From positions 49,849 to 113,848 of the forward strand of contig JBFLZZ010000004.1 in NCBI GenBank assembly GCA_040755255.1: a stretch of 64,000 nt of DNA, in the 5' to 3' direction. This document shows, piece by piece, positions 36,822 through 46,259 of this stretch. The notes under the pieces were generated by a model. The model had not been told where the DNA came from, did no database searches, and worked only from the letters and a program-made list of their open reading frames with translations. Both the position numbers and the translations under genes were made by a program. The stretch's first letter is position 1. Every line of letters begins with the position of its first letter. Origin of the DNA: Thermodesulfobacteriota bacterium. Its GTDB lineage: Bacteria > Desulfobacterota > Desulfobulbia > Desulfobulbales > S012-135.

Positions 36822-37279
36822 GCGCTCCCCTCCCCCTTGCGCTCCGGGGCGATGCCATCGGCCGCCCTGCGCAGCACGGCGGCGAAGGGCGACTGCCGTT
36901 CGGACGAAACCGGGACGGACCGCTCGACGGCGGGCAAGGCGGCGAGCCGGGTGATCTGCTGGTCGGTGATGCCCAGCGCCAGGGTCTCGCCGCCGATCTC
37001 CACCACGGCGACGTATTTCTTCGGGGCGATCATCCGGGTTTCGAGGACGTTGATCAGCCGGCCCGCCTTCACCACCCCCTGCCCGACGCCGCTTTTGCGC
37101 AACAGCGCAACCACGGCCACCAGCAGCGCGATGACCACCGCCAGCGACACCGCCACCTTGACGATGGCCGCCGCCAGCGACACCGGTTCGCCGCCGGCAA
37201 GCGTCTCCGCGGCGCCGGCTGTGGCAAGCGGCAGCAGCAGGGCGACGGCGAGCGTTATGGTCAACGGCAGGCTCCGCAC
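36818..37279 (-). CDS. fliO: Flagellar protein FliO/FliZ
   Basis: GTG at 37277-37279, 4 nt after the fliN stop. Single TM segment (VAVSLAVVIALLVAVVALL) and ...LNVLETRMIAPKKYVAVVEIGGETLALGITDQQI. The stop overlaps the fliP start. The track ORF start (37360) would overlap fliN. Confidence 0.65.
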   Translation of the reverse strand: MRSLPLTITLAVALLLPLATAGAAETLAGGEPVSLAAAIVKVAVSLAVVIALLVAVVALLRKSGVGQGVVKAGRLINVLETRMIAPKKYVAVVEIGGETLALGITDQQITRLAALPAVERSVPVSSERQSPFAAVLRRAADGIAPERKGEGSA

Positions 37280-37283
37280 CGGT

Positions 37284-37679
37284 CTACCCCATGTTCTTGA
37301 TGCGGTCGGCCTGGCTGATGATTTCGGTGATGCGCACGCCGAAACGGTCATTGACGACAATGACCTCGCCCTTGCCGAGCAGTTTGTTGTTGACGTAGAT
37401 CTCCACCAGCTCGCCGGCCGCCTTGGTCAGCTCCACCACCGACCCCTGCGTGAGCTGCAGCAGGTTGTTGATGATCATTTTGGTACGGCCGAGCTCGACG
37501 GTGACCTCCAGCGGGATGTCGAGAAGAAAGTCGAGATTCTGCGAATCACCGGCCACCGCGCCGTCGCCGAGATCGGCGAACTTGGCGGTCTGGCCGGCAC
37601 CGTTGCCGGTGTGCTCGCCCAACGCGGCGGCCCAGTCGTCGTCGCCGATGCCGTTGCTTGCCTTGGGATCGTCAGCCAT
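37284..37679 (-). CDS. fliN: Flagellar motor switch protein FliN
   Basis: AGGAGG RBS. SpoA domain LDFLLDIPLEVTVELGRTKMIINNLLQLTQGSVVELTKAAGELVEIYVNNKLLGKGEVIVVNDRFGVRITEI. Confidence 0.9.
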   Translation of the reverse strand: MADDPKASNGIGDDDWAAALGEHTGNGAGQTAKFADLGDGAVAGDSQNLDFLLDIPLEVTVELGRTKMIINNLLQLTQGSVVELTKAAGELVEIYVNNKLLGKGEVIVVNDRFGVRITEIISQADRIKNMG

Positions 37680-37737
37680 GTAATCCTCCTGGATCCGTTG
37701 TCCGAATCGTTTACGCCGCGCTCAGACGACGGCAACT

Positions 37738-38727
37738 TCAGTCCCTTTCCTGGTCGAGGACCTTTTTCTTGATGAGAAACGCCTTGCTGCCCCGGTGCAC
37801 CCCCGGCGTGCCCATGTACTTGCGGACGCCGGCGATGAAGGCGGGCAGCAGTTCGTCGTGGCGGCGATCGAGCTTGATGATGTCGCCCGGGTTCAGTTCG
37901 AGGATGTCGCCGGCGGGGATCAAGGCCTTGCCCAGTTCCACCTTGAACTCCAGCGGCACGTTCTTGATGTTCTCCTCCAGCAGCCGCTGCTGGACGATGT
38001 CCTCCTCGTTCTTTTCCCGCTGGAAGGTGGTCATCAGCTTCTTCTTCACCGAGTCGAGGTTCGACAGCGGGATACAGGTGGTGATCGCGCCCACCGCCCG
38101 GTCCATATCCACTTCGTAGCGGTTGATCAGCACCACGTCCTCGGGCTGGCAGATCTTGGCGAACTGGGGGTTGATCTCGCTCCTGACGTACTGGACCTTG
38201 ATGGGCTGCAGGCTGTACCAGGCCTTCTCCATGTCGCTGAGCAGCTGGTTGACCAGCCGGCGGATGAGGCGCTGTTCGATGGCGGTGAAGTCGCGGCCCT
38301 CGATACGGGTGGAGCGGGTGCCGGTGCCGCCGAGGAAGGTCTCGACAAAGGCGAAGACCAGCCGCGGTTCGAGAACGATGAGGGCATGGCCGCGGAAGGG
38401 GTCCATCCGGAAGATCTGCAGGCTGCTGGGCACCGGCAGGGTACGGACGAAGGCGCCGAAGCGGTCGAACTCCATGGGGGTGGCGGTGATGTCGAGGATG
38501 CGGCGCAGAAGGTTGGTGAGCGAGGTCCGGATCGAGCGCAGGAAGGTGTCGTTGATCACCTCCATCGCCGGCATCTTGATCTGCAGGATGCCGTCCTGCT
38601 TGGCGAAGTCATAGTGGGAAAAGCCGGAGACCTCCCCCTCCGCAACCTCTTCCGGTTCCTCGATGTCGCCGCCGGCAATACCCTTTAATAGGGCATCGAC
38701 CTCGTCCTGACTGAGTATCTGTTCCAT
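37738..38727 (-). CDS. fliM: Flagellar motor switch protein FliM
   Basis: The internal ATG at 38725-38727 gives MEQILSQDEVDALLKG (the CheY-P-binding LSQxEIDALL motif), then the FliM middle and SpoA-like C-terminal domains. Confidence 0.9.
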   Translation of the reverse strand: MEQILSQDEVDALLKGIAGGDIEEPEEVAEGEVSGFSHYDFAKQDGILQIKMPAMEVINDTFLRSIRTSLTNLLRRILDITATPMEFDRFGAFVRTLPVPSSLQIFRMDPFRGHALIVLEPRLVFAFVETFLGGTGTRSTRIEGRDFTAIEQRLIRRLVNQLLSDMEKAWYSLQPIKVQYVRSEINPQFAKICQPEDVVLINRYEVDMDRAVGAITTCIPLSNLDSVKKKLMTTFQREKNEEDIVQQRLLEENIKNVPLEFKVELGKALIPAGDILELNPGDIIKLDRRHDELLPAFIAGVRKYMGTPGVHRGSKAFLIKKKVLDQERD

Positions 38728-38749
38728 AGGTTCCCTGCCCGGCGGCCTG

Positions 38750-39253
38750 CTACTGGACGACGAAATCGGTGAAATAGATGTTGCTGACCCGGTCGGGCCG
38801 CATGATTCCGTTGAACCGCTCCAGCAGTTCATCGCGGATCTGCATCTTGCCTTCCGGGGTCATCACCTCCTCGAAGGTGAGGCTGGTCAGCATGATGATC
38901 ACCATGTCGCGGAGCTTGGGGGTCAGTTTGGTGGCCTTTTCCACCGCCAGCGCATTGGCAAGTTCCAGGCTGATGGTCACCTTGAGGTAGCGCTTGCCCT
39001 TGGGATCGGACAGGTTGACCACAAAGGGGTCCATCTGGAACATCTCGCCGACCTTCTCGCCCAGTTCGGCGGGTTTCACCCCCTGCGCCTCGGCGGGCGC
39101 TTCCGGCGGCGGCGCGAGAAAGGTGGTGTAGATGAAGAAACCGCCGCCGGCCAGGGCGACGACCACCACGCCGATGATGATGAACAGCATCAGCTTCGAC
39201 TTCTTCTTTTCGCCGCCTTCCTCAGGCGCCTTGGCATCCTTTTCCTTCGCCAT
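38750..39253 (-). CDS. fliL: Flagellar basal-body-associated protein FliL
   Basis: ATG at 39251-39253 with GGAG 8 nt upstream (the track ORF starts at GTG 39262). One TM segment, then DPFVVNLSDPKGKRYLKVTISLE...IYFTDFVVQ. Confidence 0.9.
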   Translation of the reverse strand: MAKEKDAKAPEEGGEKKKSKLMLFIIIGVVVVALAGGGFFIYTTFLAPPPEAPAEAQGVKPAELGEKVGEMFQMDPFVVNLSDPKGKRYLKVTISLELANALAVEKATKLTPKLRDMVIIMLTSLTFEEVMTPEGKMQIRDELLERFNGIMRPDRVSNIYFTDFVVQ

Positions 39254-39311
39254 CGCTATCACTCCTGTTTGGATCGCAGGCCTCCCGCCGGAGGATCACA
39301 GTTCCCCATTT

Positions 39312-39327
39312 GGCAAGGACCATGCCA
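39312..39327 (-). promoter_or_regulatory. Sigma-54 (RpoN) promoter of the fliL operon
   Basis: Minus strand reads TGGCAT-GGTCC-TTGCC, a perfect match to the -24 GG / -12 TTGC spacing. It lies about 60 nt upstream of the fliL ATG. Confidence 0.65.
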
Positions 39328-40122
39328 CGGGAAACCAGCCGTACCGCTATTTTATAACACCCCGTTTCCACAACACAACGATGAACCCGGCCCGCCTTTC
39401 ACCGGGCTTGCCGGTGGGAGTGGTGCCGGCGCGAAGTCACTTTTTTGACTCCGTCCCGCCGCGCCCGTCAAAACTCCCCCACGGGGTTCCCCCTGTTCCC
39501 GCCGGCCGGAGATACCCAATTCCGGTGGAGTGTGGTACTCTTGCCCTCCGCCCGCCGGGGATGATCAGAGCCCATCCAAAATCCATGGAAAATCCCCGAC
39601 CATCGGGGGATGGTCCGCAGCCCCTCGGATGGGAGAAAGGCTGCTTGCTTCGTCACCTTGTTCCCCGCGAAGACGGAGAATTGCCCGCGGCGTCATCGTA
39701 CCCGCGGCGTCATCGCGCGCGCAGCGTGGCGATCCAGACCGGAGGGATTCACCTCCCGGTCCCCTCCATGAGGGACGGAGGCACACGGGATGACCAGGAC
39801 ATGCCGGAAGTGTACCATGGAACCGGCCCCGGGCCGCGACGGGATTCGCCCCGGTATAATTATTTGTACCCTCGGCCGGCGCCCCTCGTCCGCCGGCCGT
39901 TTCCCTGGCCCGGCACGGCCTTTTTCCGGGCTGGTGCAAGGTACAAAATTTACGACGCCCCTTACATGACGATTTTATTACATTTTTTCACAAACCCCGA
40001 AAAGCGGCCCACCGCGGCCCGCCCACGGGGTATCAATTTTTGTACCGAGCCCCTGCCGAAGACTTTCGCGCCAACACATGTATCTATTTGAAATTGAAGG
40101 CAAAAAAAGACTAGACCGATCA

Positions 40123-40138
40123 TGGCACGCATCCTGCT
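40123..40138 (+). promoter_or_regulatory. Sigma-54 (RpoN) promoter facing the DUF362-maf genes
   Basis: TGGCACG-CATC-CTGCT on the plus strand with correct GG-N10-GC spacing, about 130 nt upstream of ATG 40270. Three TTTGTACC/GGTACAAA copies lie upstream at 39863, 39940 and 40039. Confidence 0.55.
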
Positions 40139-40269
40139 AAAACGAAAGACCAAGAGAATTACTCTTATCTCCTTTCTTCTTTCTCTTTCTCTGAAAAGGT
40201 CAGCTCCCCCCCAAGGCTGGCCTTTTTGCTTTTCCGCCTCCCCTTCCTTCCCCGGATAACGCCTTCGTC

Positions 40270-41190
40270 ATGCGTGTCGACGACTGCCGCCTCGCCCTGC
40301 TCCCCTGCCCGGAATACTCCGCCTGCCGGCTTGCGGTGGCCGCCCTCTTCACCGCCCTGAAACCTGCGGGCTGGCGGGGCCGGACCGTGCTGGTCAAGCC
40401 GAATCTGGTCCTGGCCCGCAACAGGAACGATCCCGCCTGCACCCACCCCGCCGTCGTCCGCGCCGTCTGCGAACATCTCCTCGACCTGGGCGCCTGCGTC
40501 CTGGTCGGCGACTCGCCCGCCTTCGGTTCGGCACGGCAGGCGATGGAGAAAAACGGCACGGCCGGGGAACTGTCCGGGCTGCCGGTACGGCTCGTCGACT
40601 TCGACACCCCGGCCACCGTCACCACCGCCTCCGGCTGTTCCGTCGGCGTCGCCAGGGCGGCGCTGGAATGCGATCTGCTCGTCAATCTGCCGAAACTGAA
40701 AGCCCACAGTCAGCTGCTGGTCACCCTGGCGGTGAAGAACCTCTTCGGTGTCGTGGTCGGCTGGCGCAAGCAATGGCTGCACATGCGCATGGGCGACCGC
40801 GACAACCGGTTCGCCCGCCTGATCGTCGACCTCCTCCCCCTGCTGCCCGAGGGTCTCAGCCTCATCGACGGCATCGTTGCCATGCACCGCACCGGGCCGA
40901 TGGAAGGCGAACAACTGCGCCTGGGCATCCTGGCCGGCGCGCTCAATCCGGTGGCGGCAGACACCGGTCTGCTCTCCCTGCTGCGCATCGACCACGCCAC
41001 CAGCCCGGTCTGGCGGGAATGCGCCGCTCGAGGACTTGCGGGCAGCAAGAACGAAGATATCATCTACCCCCTGACAAGCCCGGAAGACCTCCATCTTCCC
41101 CCTTTCGAGGTTCCGGAACGGTTGCAGCCCATCCGTTTCAACCCGCGGCACATCGCCGCCAGCATCGGCAAACGACTGATGCGCCAGTGA
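40270..41190 (+). CDS. DUF362 domain-containing protein
   Basis: 306 aa. ...VLVKPNLV......THP.VV.AV...L...G..V.VGDSP... and LPKLKAHSQ... are typical of DUF362. Confidence 0.75.
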   Translation: MRVDDCRLALLPCPEYSACRLAVAALFTALKPAGWRGRTVLVKPNLVLARNRNDPACTHPAVVRAVCEHLLDLGACVLVGDSPAFGSARQAMEKNGTAGELSGLPVRLVDFDTPATVTTASGCSVGVARAALECDLLVNLPKLKAHSQLLVTLAVKNLFGVVVGWRKQWLHMRMGDRDNRFARLIVDLLPLLPEGLSLIDGIVAMHRTGPMEGEQLRLGILAGALNPVAADTGLLSLLRIDHATSPVWRECAARGLAGSKNEDIIYPLTSPEDLHLPPFEVPERLQPIRFNPRHIAASIGKRLMRQ

Positions 41191-41213
41191 CATTCTTACA
41201 CAGGACGGCCTCC

Positions 41214-41825
41214 ATGCTGCTGACCACCATCCGCCCCCTTCTCCTCGCCTCCGCCTCTCCCCGCCGGCGGCAGATGCTGGAACATCTCGGCCTGACCTTC
41301 ACCGCCGACACCGCCGACATCGACGAAAGCCTCACCCGCGGCGAAAACCCGCGGGATTTCGTGCTGCGACTGGCGGGCGACAAGGCGGTCACCGTCGCCG
41401 GCCGTCACCCCGATTCCTGGGTACTGGCCGCCGACACGGTGGTGGTGATTGGCAACACCATCATGGGCAAACCGGCGGATGACGCCGACGCCGCCCGCAT
41501 GCTCGGGCAGCTCTCCGGCAGAACCCATCAGGTCTGGACCGGCTATTGCCTCTTCTGCTGCCAGGGGGAACGGCTGCGCAGGCGGGCGGTGATGACCGAG
41601 GTGGAATTCCGCCCCCTGTCCGAGGCGCTCATCCGTGCCTATGTCGCCTCCGGCGAACCGCTGGACAAGGCGGGCGGCTACGGCATCCAGGGGCTGGCGG
41701 CCGCCATGGTCGGCGCCATCCGCGGTTCCTACACCAACGTCGTCGGGTTGCCGCTGGCCGAGGTCATCGAGGATCTGCTCGATCTCGGCGTCGTCACCCC
41801 CCGTTCCCCGCAAGGAAAATGGTAG
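41214..41825 (+). CDS. maf: Maf-like nucleoside triphosphate pyrophosphatase
   Basis: Internal ATG 41214. LLLASASPRRRQMLEHLGL.F......IDE..., ...DTVVV..G.I.GKP, YV.SGEPLDKAGGYGIQG. Confidence 0.9.
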   Translation: MLLTTIRPLLLASASPRRRQMLEHLGLTFTADTADIDESLTRGENPRDFVLRLAGDKAVTVAGRHPDSWVLAADTVVVIGNTIMGKPADDADAARMLGQLSGRTHQVWTGYCLFCCQGERLRRRAVMTEVEFRPLSEALIRAYVASGEPLDKAGGYGIQGLAAAMVGAIRGSYTNVVGLPLAEVIEDLLDLGVVTPRSPQGKW

Positions 41826-41871
41826 CCAGCGACAAGGACCATGGTGTAGCCTCCTTGCCAGGAGGTCTTCC

Positions 41872-43017
41872 ATGAAATTCCTGAAAACCCTCGTCGTCCT
41901 TCTCCTGGTCGCCGCTCTCGCCGCTGCCGGCTACCACCATCTCACCCGCGAGCAGCCGGTGGCGGTGATCGTCCGCGCGGCGGACCGCGGACCGGTGGAG
42001 GTGACCGTGGTCAACACCCGCGCCGGCACGGTGGAGCCCTGCCGGCGGGCGCAGATGTCGCCGGCCGCCGCCGGCCAGATCGCCCAATGGCCGGTGAAGG
42101 AAGGCATGACGGTGAAGAAGGGCGATCTCCTGCTCAGTCTGTGGAACGACGACCTCGCCGCCCAGCTCACCTCGGCGGAAAGCGATCACCGGGCCGCACT
42201 GGCCCAGGCCGAGGCCAGCTGCCTGCAGGCGGAAATAGCGGCGAAAACCGCGACCCGCTACCTCGCCCTCGGCAAAAGCGGCGCCGCCGCCCAGGAACAG
42301 ATCGACCAGGCGGTCAGCGAGGCCGGCAGCAGCGCCGCCCGGTGCGCCGCCGCCCGCGCCGCCGCCGACGCCGGCCGCGACCGGGTCGCGGTCATCCGCG
42401 CCAATCTCGACCGCACCATCCTCCGCGCCCCCTTCGCCGGCATCGTCGCCGACCTGCACGGCGAACTGGGCGAATACGTCACCCCGTCGCCGCCCGGCAT
42501 CCTCACCCTGCCCGCCGTCGACCTCATCGACCCGACCTGCTACTACCTCACCGCCCCCATCGACGAGGTGGACGTGCCGGCCATCCGCGCCGGCATGGAG
42601 GTGCGCATCACCCTGGACAGCTACCGGGACCGCACCTTCCCCGGCAGGGTGCGCCGGATCGCCGACTACGTCCTCGATCGGGAGAAACAGGCCCGCACCG
42701 TCGACGTCGAGGCCGATTTCAGCAACCGCGACGATCTGGCTCTGATGCTGGCCGGCTACAGCGCCGACGCGGAGGTGGTGGTCGACGTCAAGGAGGAGGC
42801 GCTGCGCATCCCCACCGAAGCGCTGGTGGGCGGCGTCAGGGTGTTCGTTCTCACCGGCGGCGGCCGCCTCGAAGAACGGCGGGTGGCCACCGGCCTCGCC
42901 AACTGGCAGTTCACCGAGATCACCGAAGGCATCGACGCCGGCGACCGGGTAGTGGTTTCCGTCGACCGCAAGGGGGTGGCCGACGGCGCCCTGGCGACCG
43001 TGGAAGAAGAGCAATGA
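41872..43017 (+). CDS. Efflux periplasmic adaptor (HlyD/MacA family)
   Basis: GGAGG RBS. Membrane anchor MKFLKTLVVLLLVAALAAAGY. Lipoyl-like V.EG..VKKGDLLL.L, an Ala-rich coiled coil, and a beta-barrel/MPD C-terminus. Confidence 0.85.
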   Translation: MKFLKTLVVLLLVAALAAAGYHHLTREQPVAVIVRAADRGPVEVTVVNTRAGTVEPCRRAQMSPAAAGQIAQWPVKEGMTVKKGDLLLSLWNDDLAAQLTSAESDHRAALAQAEASCLQAEIAAKTATRYLALGKSGAAAQEQIDQAVSEAGSSAARCAAARAAADAGRDRVAVIRANLDRTILRAPFAGIVADLHGELGEYVTPSPPGILTLPAVDLIDPTCYYLTAPIDEVDVPAIRAGMEVRITLDSYRDRTFPGRVRRIADYVLDREKQARTVDVEADFSNRDDLALMLAGYSADAEVVVDVKEEALRIPTEALVGGVRVFVLTGGGRLEERRVATGLANWQFTEITEGIDAGDRVVVSVDRKGVADGALATVEEEQ

Positions 43018-43694
43018 GCGAACTGATCCTTCTTTCTTCCGTCTGTCGCGACTTTCCGGTGGGCGGGGTGGTGGTGCACGGCCTCCGGGATGTATCGCTC
43101 GCCATCGGCCGGGGCGAATACCTGTCGATCATGGGGCCGTCCGGTTCGGGCAAATCGTCGCTGCTGCACACCATCGGCCTGCTCGATCGGCCCGACCGCG
43201 GCGACTACCTCTTCGACGGCCGCAACGTCGTCCATCTTTCCGACGAGGAACGGGCCAGGCTTCGCCGGCAGCGGATCGGCTTCGTCTTCCAGTTCTTCCA
43301 CCTGGTGCCGCGCCTCACCGCCGCCGAAAACGTCGAACTGCCGTTGATGCTGGCCGAAATGCCGGCCAGGGAGCGGCACCGGCGGGTGGATGCCATCCTT
43401 GCCCGGCTGGGGCTCGCCGACCGGCGCCATCACCGGCCGGACCAGCTTTCCGGCGGTCAGCGCCAGAGGGTGGCCATTGCCAGGGCGGCGGTGACCGATC
43501 CGGACGTGCTGCTCGCCGACGAACCCACCGGCAACCTGGACCGCGCCGCCGGCCATGAGGTCATCGCCATCCTCGAGGAATTGAACGCGGGCGGCATCAC
43601 CCTGATCATGGTCACCCACGATCCGGCCATCGGCGACCGGGCCCGACGGCGGATCAGGATGGAGGACGGGGCGGTGCTGCCGGAGGAAAAGTGA
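43014..43694 (+). CDS. ABC transporter ATP-binding protein (MacB/LolD-type)
   Basis: ATGA overlap with the adaptor stop. Walker A GPSGSGKSS, Q-loop, signature LSGGQRQRVAIARA, Walker B LLADEPTGNLD, H-loop VTHD. Confidence 0.9.
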   Translation: MSELILLSSVCRDFPVGGVVVHGLRDVSLAIGRGEYLSIMGPSGSGKSSLLHTIGLLDRPDRGDYLFDGRNVVHLSDEERARLRRQRIGFVFQFFHLVPRLTAAENVELPLMLAEMPARERHRRVDAILARLGLADRRHHRPDQLSGGQRQRVAIARAAVTDPDVLLADEPTGNLDRAAGHEVIAILEELNAGGITLIMVTHDPAIGDRARRRIRMEDGAVLPEEK

Positions 43695-44899
43695 TGCGCC
43701 TCATCGATCTCTGCCGGTTCACCGCCCGTTCGCTCACCAGCGTCCGGTTGCGCACCGCGCTGATGCTGGTGGCGATGAGCATCGGCGTCGCCTCGGTGGT
43801 GGTGCTCACCTCCCTCGGCGAGGGCGCCCGCCAGTACGTCACCGGCAAGTTCAGCGCGCTTGGCACCAATCTGCTCATCGTGCTGCCGGGGAGATCGGAG
43901 ACCACCGGCGCCGCCCCGCCGCTTCTGGGCGAAACCCCGCGCGACCTCACCCTGGAGGACGCCCGGGCCCTGTTGCGTTCGCCCACCCTGCGCGACATGG
44001 CGCCGCTGGTGGTGGGCAATGCGCCGGTGTCCTGGCGGGAACGGCAGCGGGAGGTGTCGGTGCTGGGCACCACCGCCTCGTTTCTCGCCATCCGCCGCAT
44101 CACGGTGCAGAGCGGCCGCTTTCTCACCGGCGGCGCTCCGGATCTCGCCCGGCCGGAATGCGTGCTCGGCGTCAAACTGGCAAGGGAACTCTTCGGCACC
44201 GGTTCGCCGCTGGGAGAGCTGATCCGGATCGGCGACCGCCGCTTCCGGGTGATCGGCATCACCGCGCCCGCCGGCGTCTCCATCGGGGTTGACCTGGACG
44301 ACATCGCCATCGTGCCGGTGGTCTCCGCCCAGCAGCTGTTCAACACCAATTCCCTTTTCCGCATCCTCGCCGAAGGCAGGGACCGGCAGGCTATCGGCGC
44401 CGCACGGCAGGCGATCGTCGACATCATCCGCGACCGGCACGACGGCGAAAACGACGTCACCATCATCACCCAGGACGCGGTGCTCGCCACCTTCGACCGC
44501 ATCTTCACCGCCCTGACCCTCACCGTCGGCGGCATCGCCGCCATCAGTCTGCTGGTGGCCGGCATCCTGGTGATGAACGTCATGCTCATCGCCGTCAGCC
44601 AGCGCACCGGGGAAATCGGCCTGCTGAAGGCCCTGGGCGCACCGGCGCGCGAAATCCTCGTCCTCTTCCTCGGCGAGGCGCTGCTGCTCTCGGTGCTCGG
44701 CAGCGCGCTGGGCTCCCTGGCGGCAGCGGTTTCCCTCGCCCTGCTGCAACGACTGTTTCCCGATTTTCCCCTGCAGGTCGCGCCGTGGGCCCTGGCCGCC
44801 GCCACCGCGGTGGCACTGGCGACCGGCGCCGTCTTCGCCATCCTGCCCGCCCGCCGGGCGGCGCGCCTGGAACCGGTCGCCGCCCTGGCGAGGAGATGA
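43691..44899 (+). CDS. ABC transporter permease (MacB_PCD + FtsX family)
   Basis: 402 aa, 4 TM segments with a large periplasmic domain. ...EIGLLKALGA... is the FtsX-domain motif. GTG 43691 or ATG 43694 overlaps the ATPase stop. Confidence 0.85.
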   Translation: MMRLIDLCRFTARSLTSVRLRTALMLVAMSIGVASVVVLTSLGEGARQYVTGKFSALGTNLLIVLPGRSETTGAAPPLLGETPRDLTLEDARALLRSPTLRDMAPLVVGNAPVSWRERQREVSVLGTTASFLAIRRITVQSGRFLTGGAPDLARPECVLGVKLARELFGTGSPLGELIRIGDRRFRVIGITAPAGVSIGVDLDDIAIVPVVSAQQLFNTNSLFRILAEGRDRQAIGAARQAIVDIIRDRHDGENDVTIITQDAVLATFDRIFTALTLTVGGIAAISLLVAGILVMNVMLIAVSQRTGEIGLLKALGAPAREILVLFLGEALLLSVLGSALGSLAAAVSLALLQRLFPDFPLQVAPWALAAATAVALATGAVFAILPARRAARLEPVAALARR

Positions 44900-46101
44900 A
44901 CATGCTGGTCCGGGACGCCTTCCGCTTTTCCGCCCACGCCATCGCCAGCCATCGGCTGCGCAGCTTTCTCACCACCCTGGGCATCGCCATCGGCATCGCC
45001 TCGGTGATCCTGCTCACCTCCATCGGCAAGGGGGTGCAGGGTTACATCCTCGGCGAATTCACCCAGTTCGGCACCAATCTGCTCGCCATCGCCCCGGGCA
45101 GGACCACCACCATGGGAATGTCCGGGGCGGTGATCAGCAATGTCCGCCCCCTGTCCATCGACGACGGCGAATCGCTGCGGCGTCTGCCCCATGTCCTCGC
45201 CACCGTGCCGGTGGTGCAGGGCAACGCGCCGGTGGAAACCGGCAGCCGCCAGCGGCGGGCGACCATCCTCGGCACCGGCGCCGCCGCGCCCCGGGTCTGG
45301 CAGTTTCCGGTGGCGCTCGGCTCCTTCCTGCCGGCGGACGATCCCCGCGCCGCCCGCGCCTTCGCGGTGCTCGGCAGCAAGGTGCGGCGGGAACTCTACG
45401 GCACGGCCAATCCGCTCGGCAGCGTCATCCGGGTGGGGGGCAGCCGTTTCCGGGTGATCGGCGTCATGGAATCCAAGGGACAGATACTGGGTTTCGACCT
45501 GGACGACACGGTCTATATCCCCACCGCCCGCGCCCTGGAGCTCTTCAATCGCGAGAGCCTGATGGAGATCGACATCCTTTTCGAGGAAGCGGCGGAGCCG
45601 GCGGCGGTCGCCGCCTCGGTCCGCAGGGCGCTCATCGCCCGCCACGGCAGCGAGGATTTCACCATCACCACCCAGGATCAGATGCTCGACATCCTCGGCG
45701 ACGTCCTCGGCAAACTCACCCTGGCGGTGGCCGCTCTGGGCGCCATCTCCCTGCTGGTCGGCGGCGTCGGCATCCTTACCATCATGACCATCGCCGTGCT
45801 CGACCGCACCGCCGAGATCGGCCTGCTCCGTTCCCTGGGCGCCGGCCGCGCCACGATCCTGCGGCTGTTTCTCCAGGAGGCGCTGCTGCTGTCCCTGCTC
45901 GGCGGCACGGCCGGCCTCGGTCTCGGCCTCGGCGGCGCCGGTCTGCTGCACCTGCTGCTGCCCGCCCTGCCCACCCAGTTCAACCTTTTCTTCATCCTCC
46001 TCGCCCTGGCGGTGGCGGCGTTCATCGGCCTGGCCGCCGGCGTCCTGCCCGCCCGCCGCGCCGCGACCCTGGATCCGGTGGAAGCGCTGCGCGCCGAGTG
46101 A
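44896..46101 (+). CDS. ABC transporter permease (second MacB_PCD + FtsX paralogue)
   Basis: ATG 44896 overlaps the preceding TGA (ATGA). Same architecture as the first permease. EIGLLRSLGAGR motif. Confidence 0.85.
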   Translation: MNMLVRDAFRFSAHAIASHRLRSFLTTLGIAIGIASVILLTSIGKGVQGYILGEFTQFGTNLLAIAPGRTTTMGMSGAVISNVRPLSIDDGESLRRLPHVLATVPVVQGNAPVETGSRQRRATILGTGAAAPRVWQFPVALGSFLPADDPRAARAFAVLGSKVRRELYGTANPLGSVIRVGGSRFRVIGVMESKGQILGFDLDDTVYIPTARALELFNRESLMEIDILFEEAAEPAAVAASVRRALIARHGSEDFTITTQDQMLDILGDVLGKLTLAVAALGAISLLVGGVGILTIMTIAVLDRTAEIGLLRSLGAGRATILRLFLQEALLLSLLGGTAGLGLGLGGAGLLHLLLPALPTQFNLFFILLALAVAAFIGLAAGVLPARRAATLDPVEALRAE

Positions 46102-46259
46102 GGCGTGGGCGAAATGGTACCCGGCCCTTCCTCTCCACCACGTCGCCGCCCCCTCCCCAGACAAATATTAACCCCGCATCCTCTCGAACTTTCTTCCGGA
46201 ATCGGCTATCGTAGTATCTGTATGCCGGAACAGAACCCTGCTTCCGGAGGAGACTAGGC

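Noticed and set aside
39132-40091. 319-aa plus-strand ORF spanning the fliL-DUF362 spacer
   Set aside because: The translation is Pro/Arg-rich and un-protein-like, and there is no RBS. It overlaps the fliL 5-prime end and the sigma-54 promoter. Treated as non-coding.
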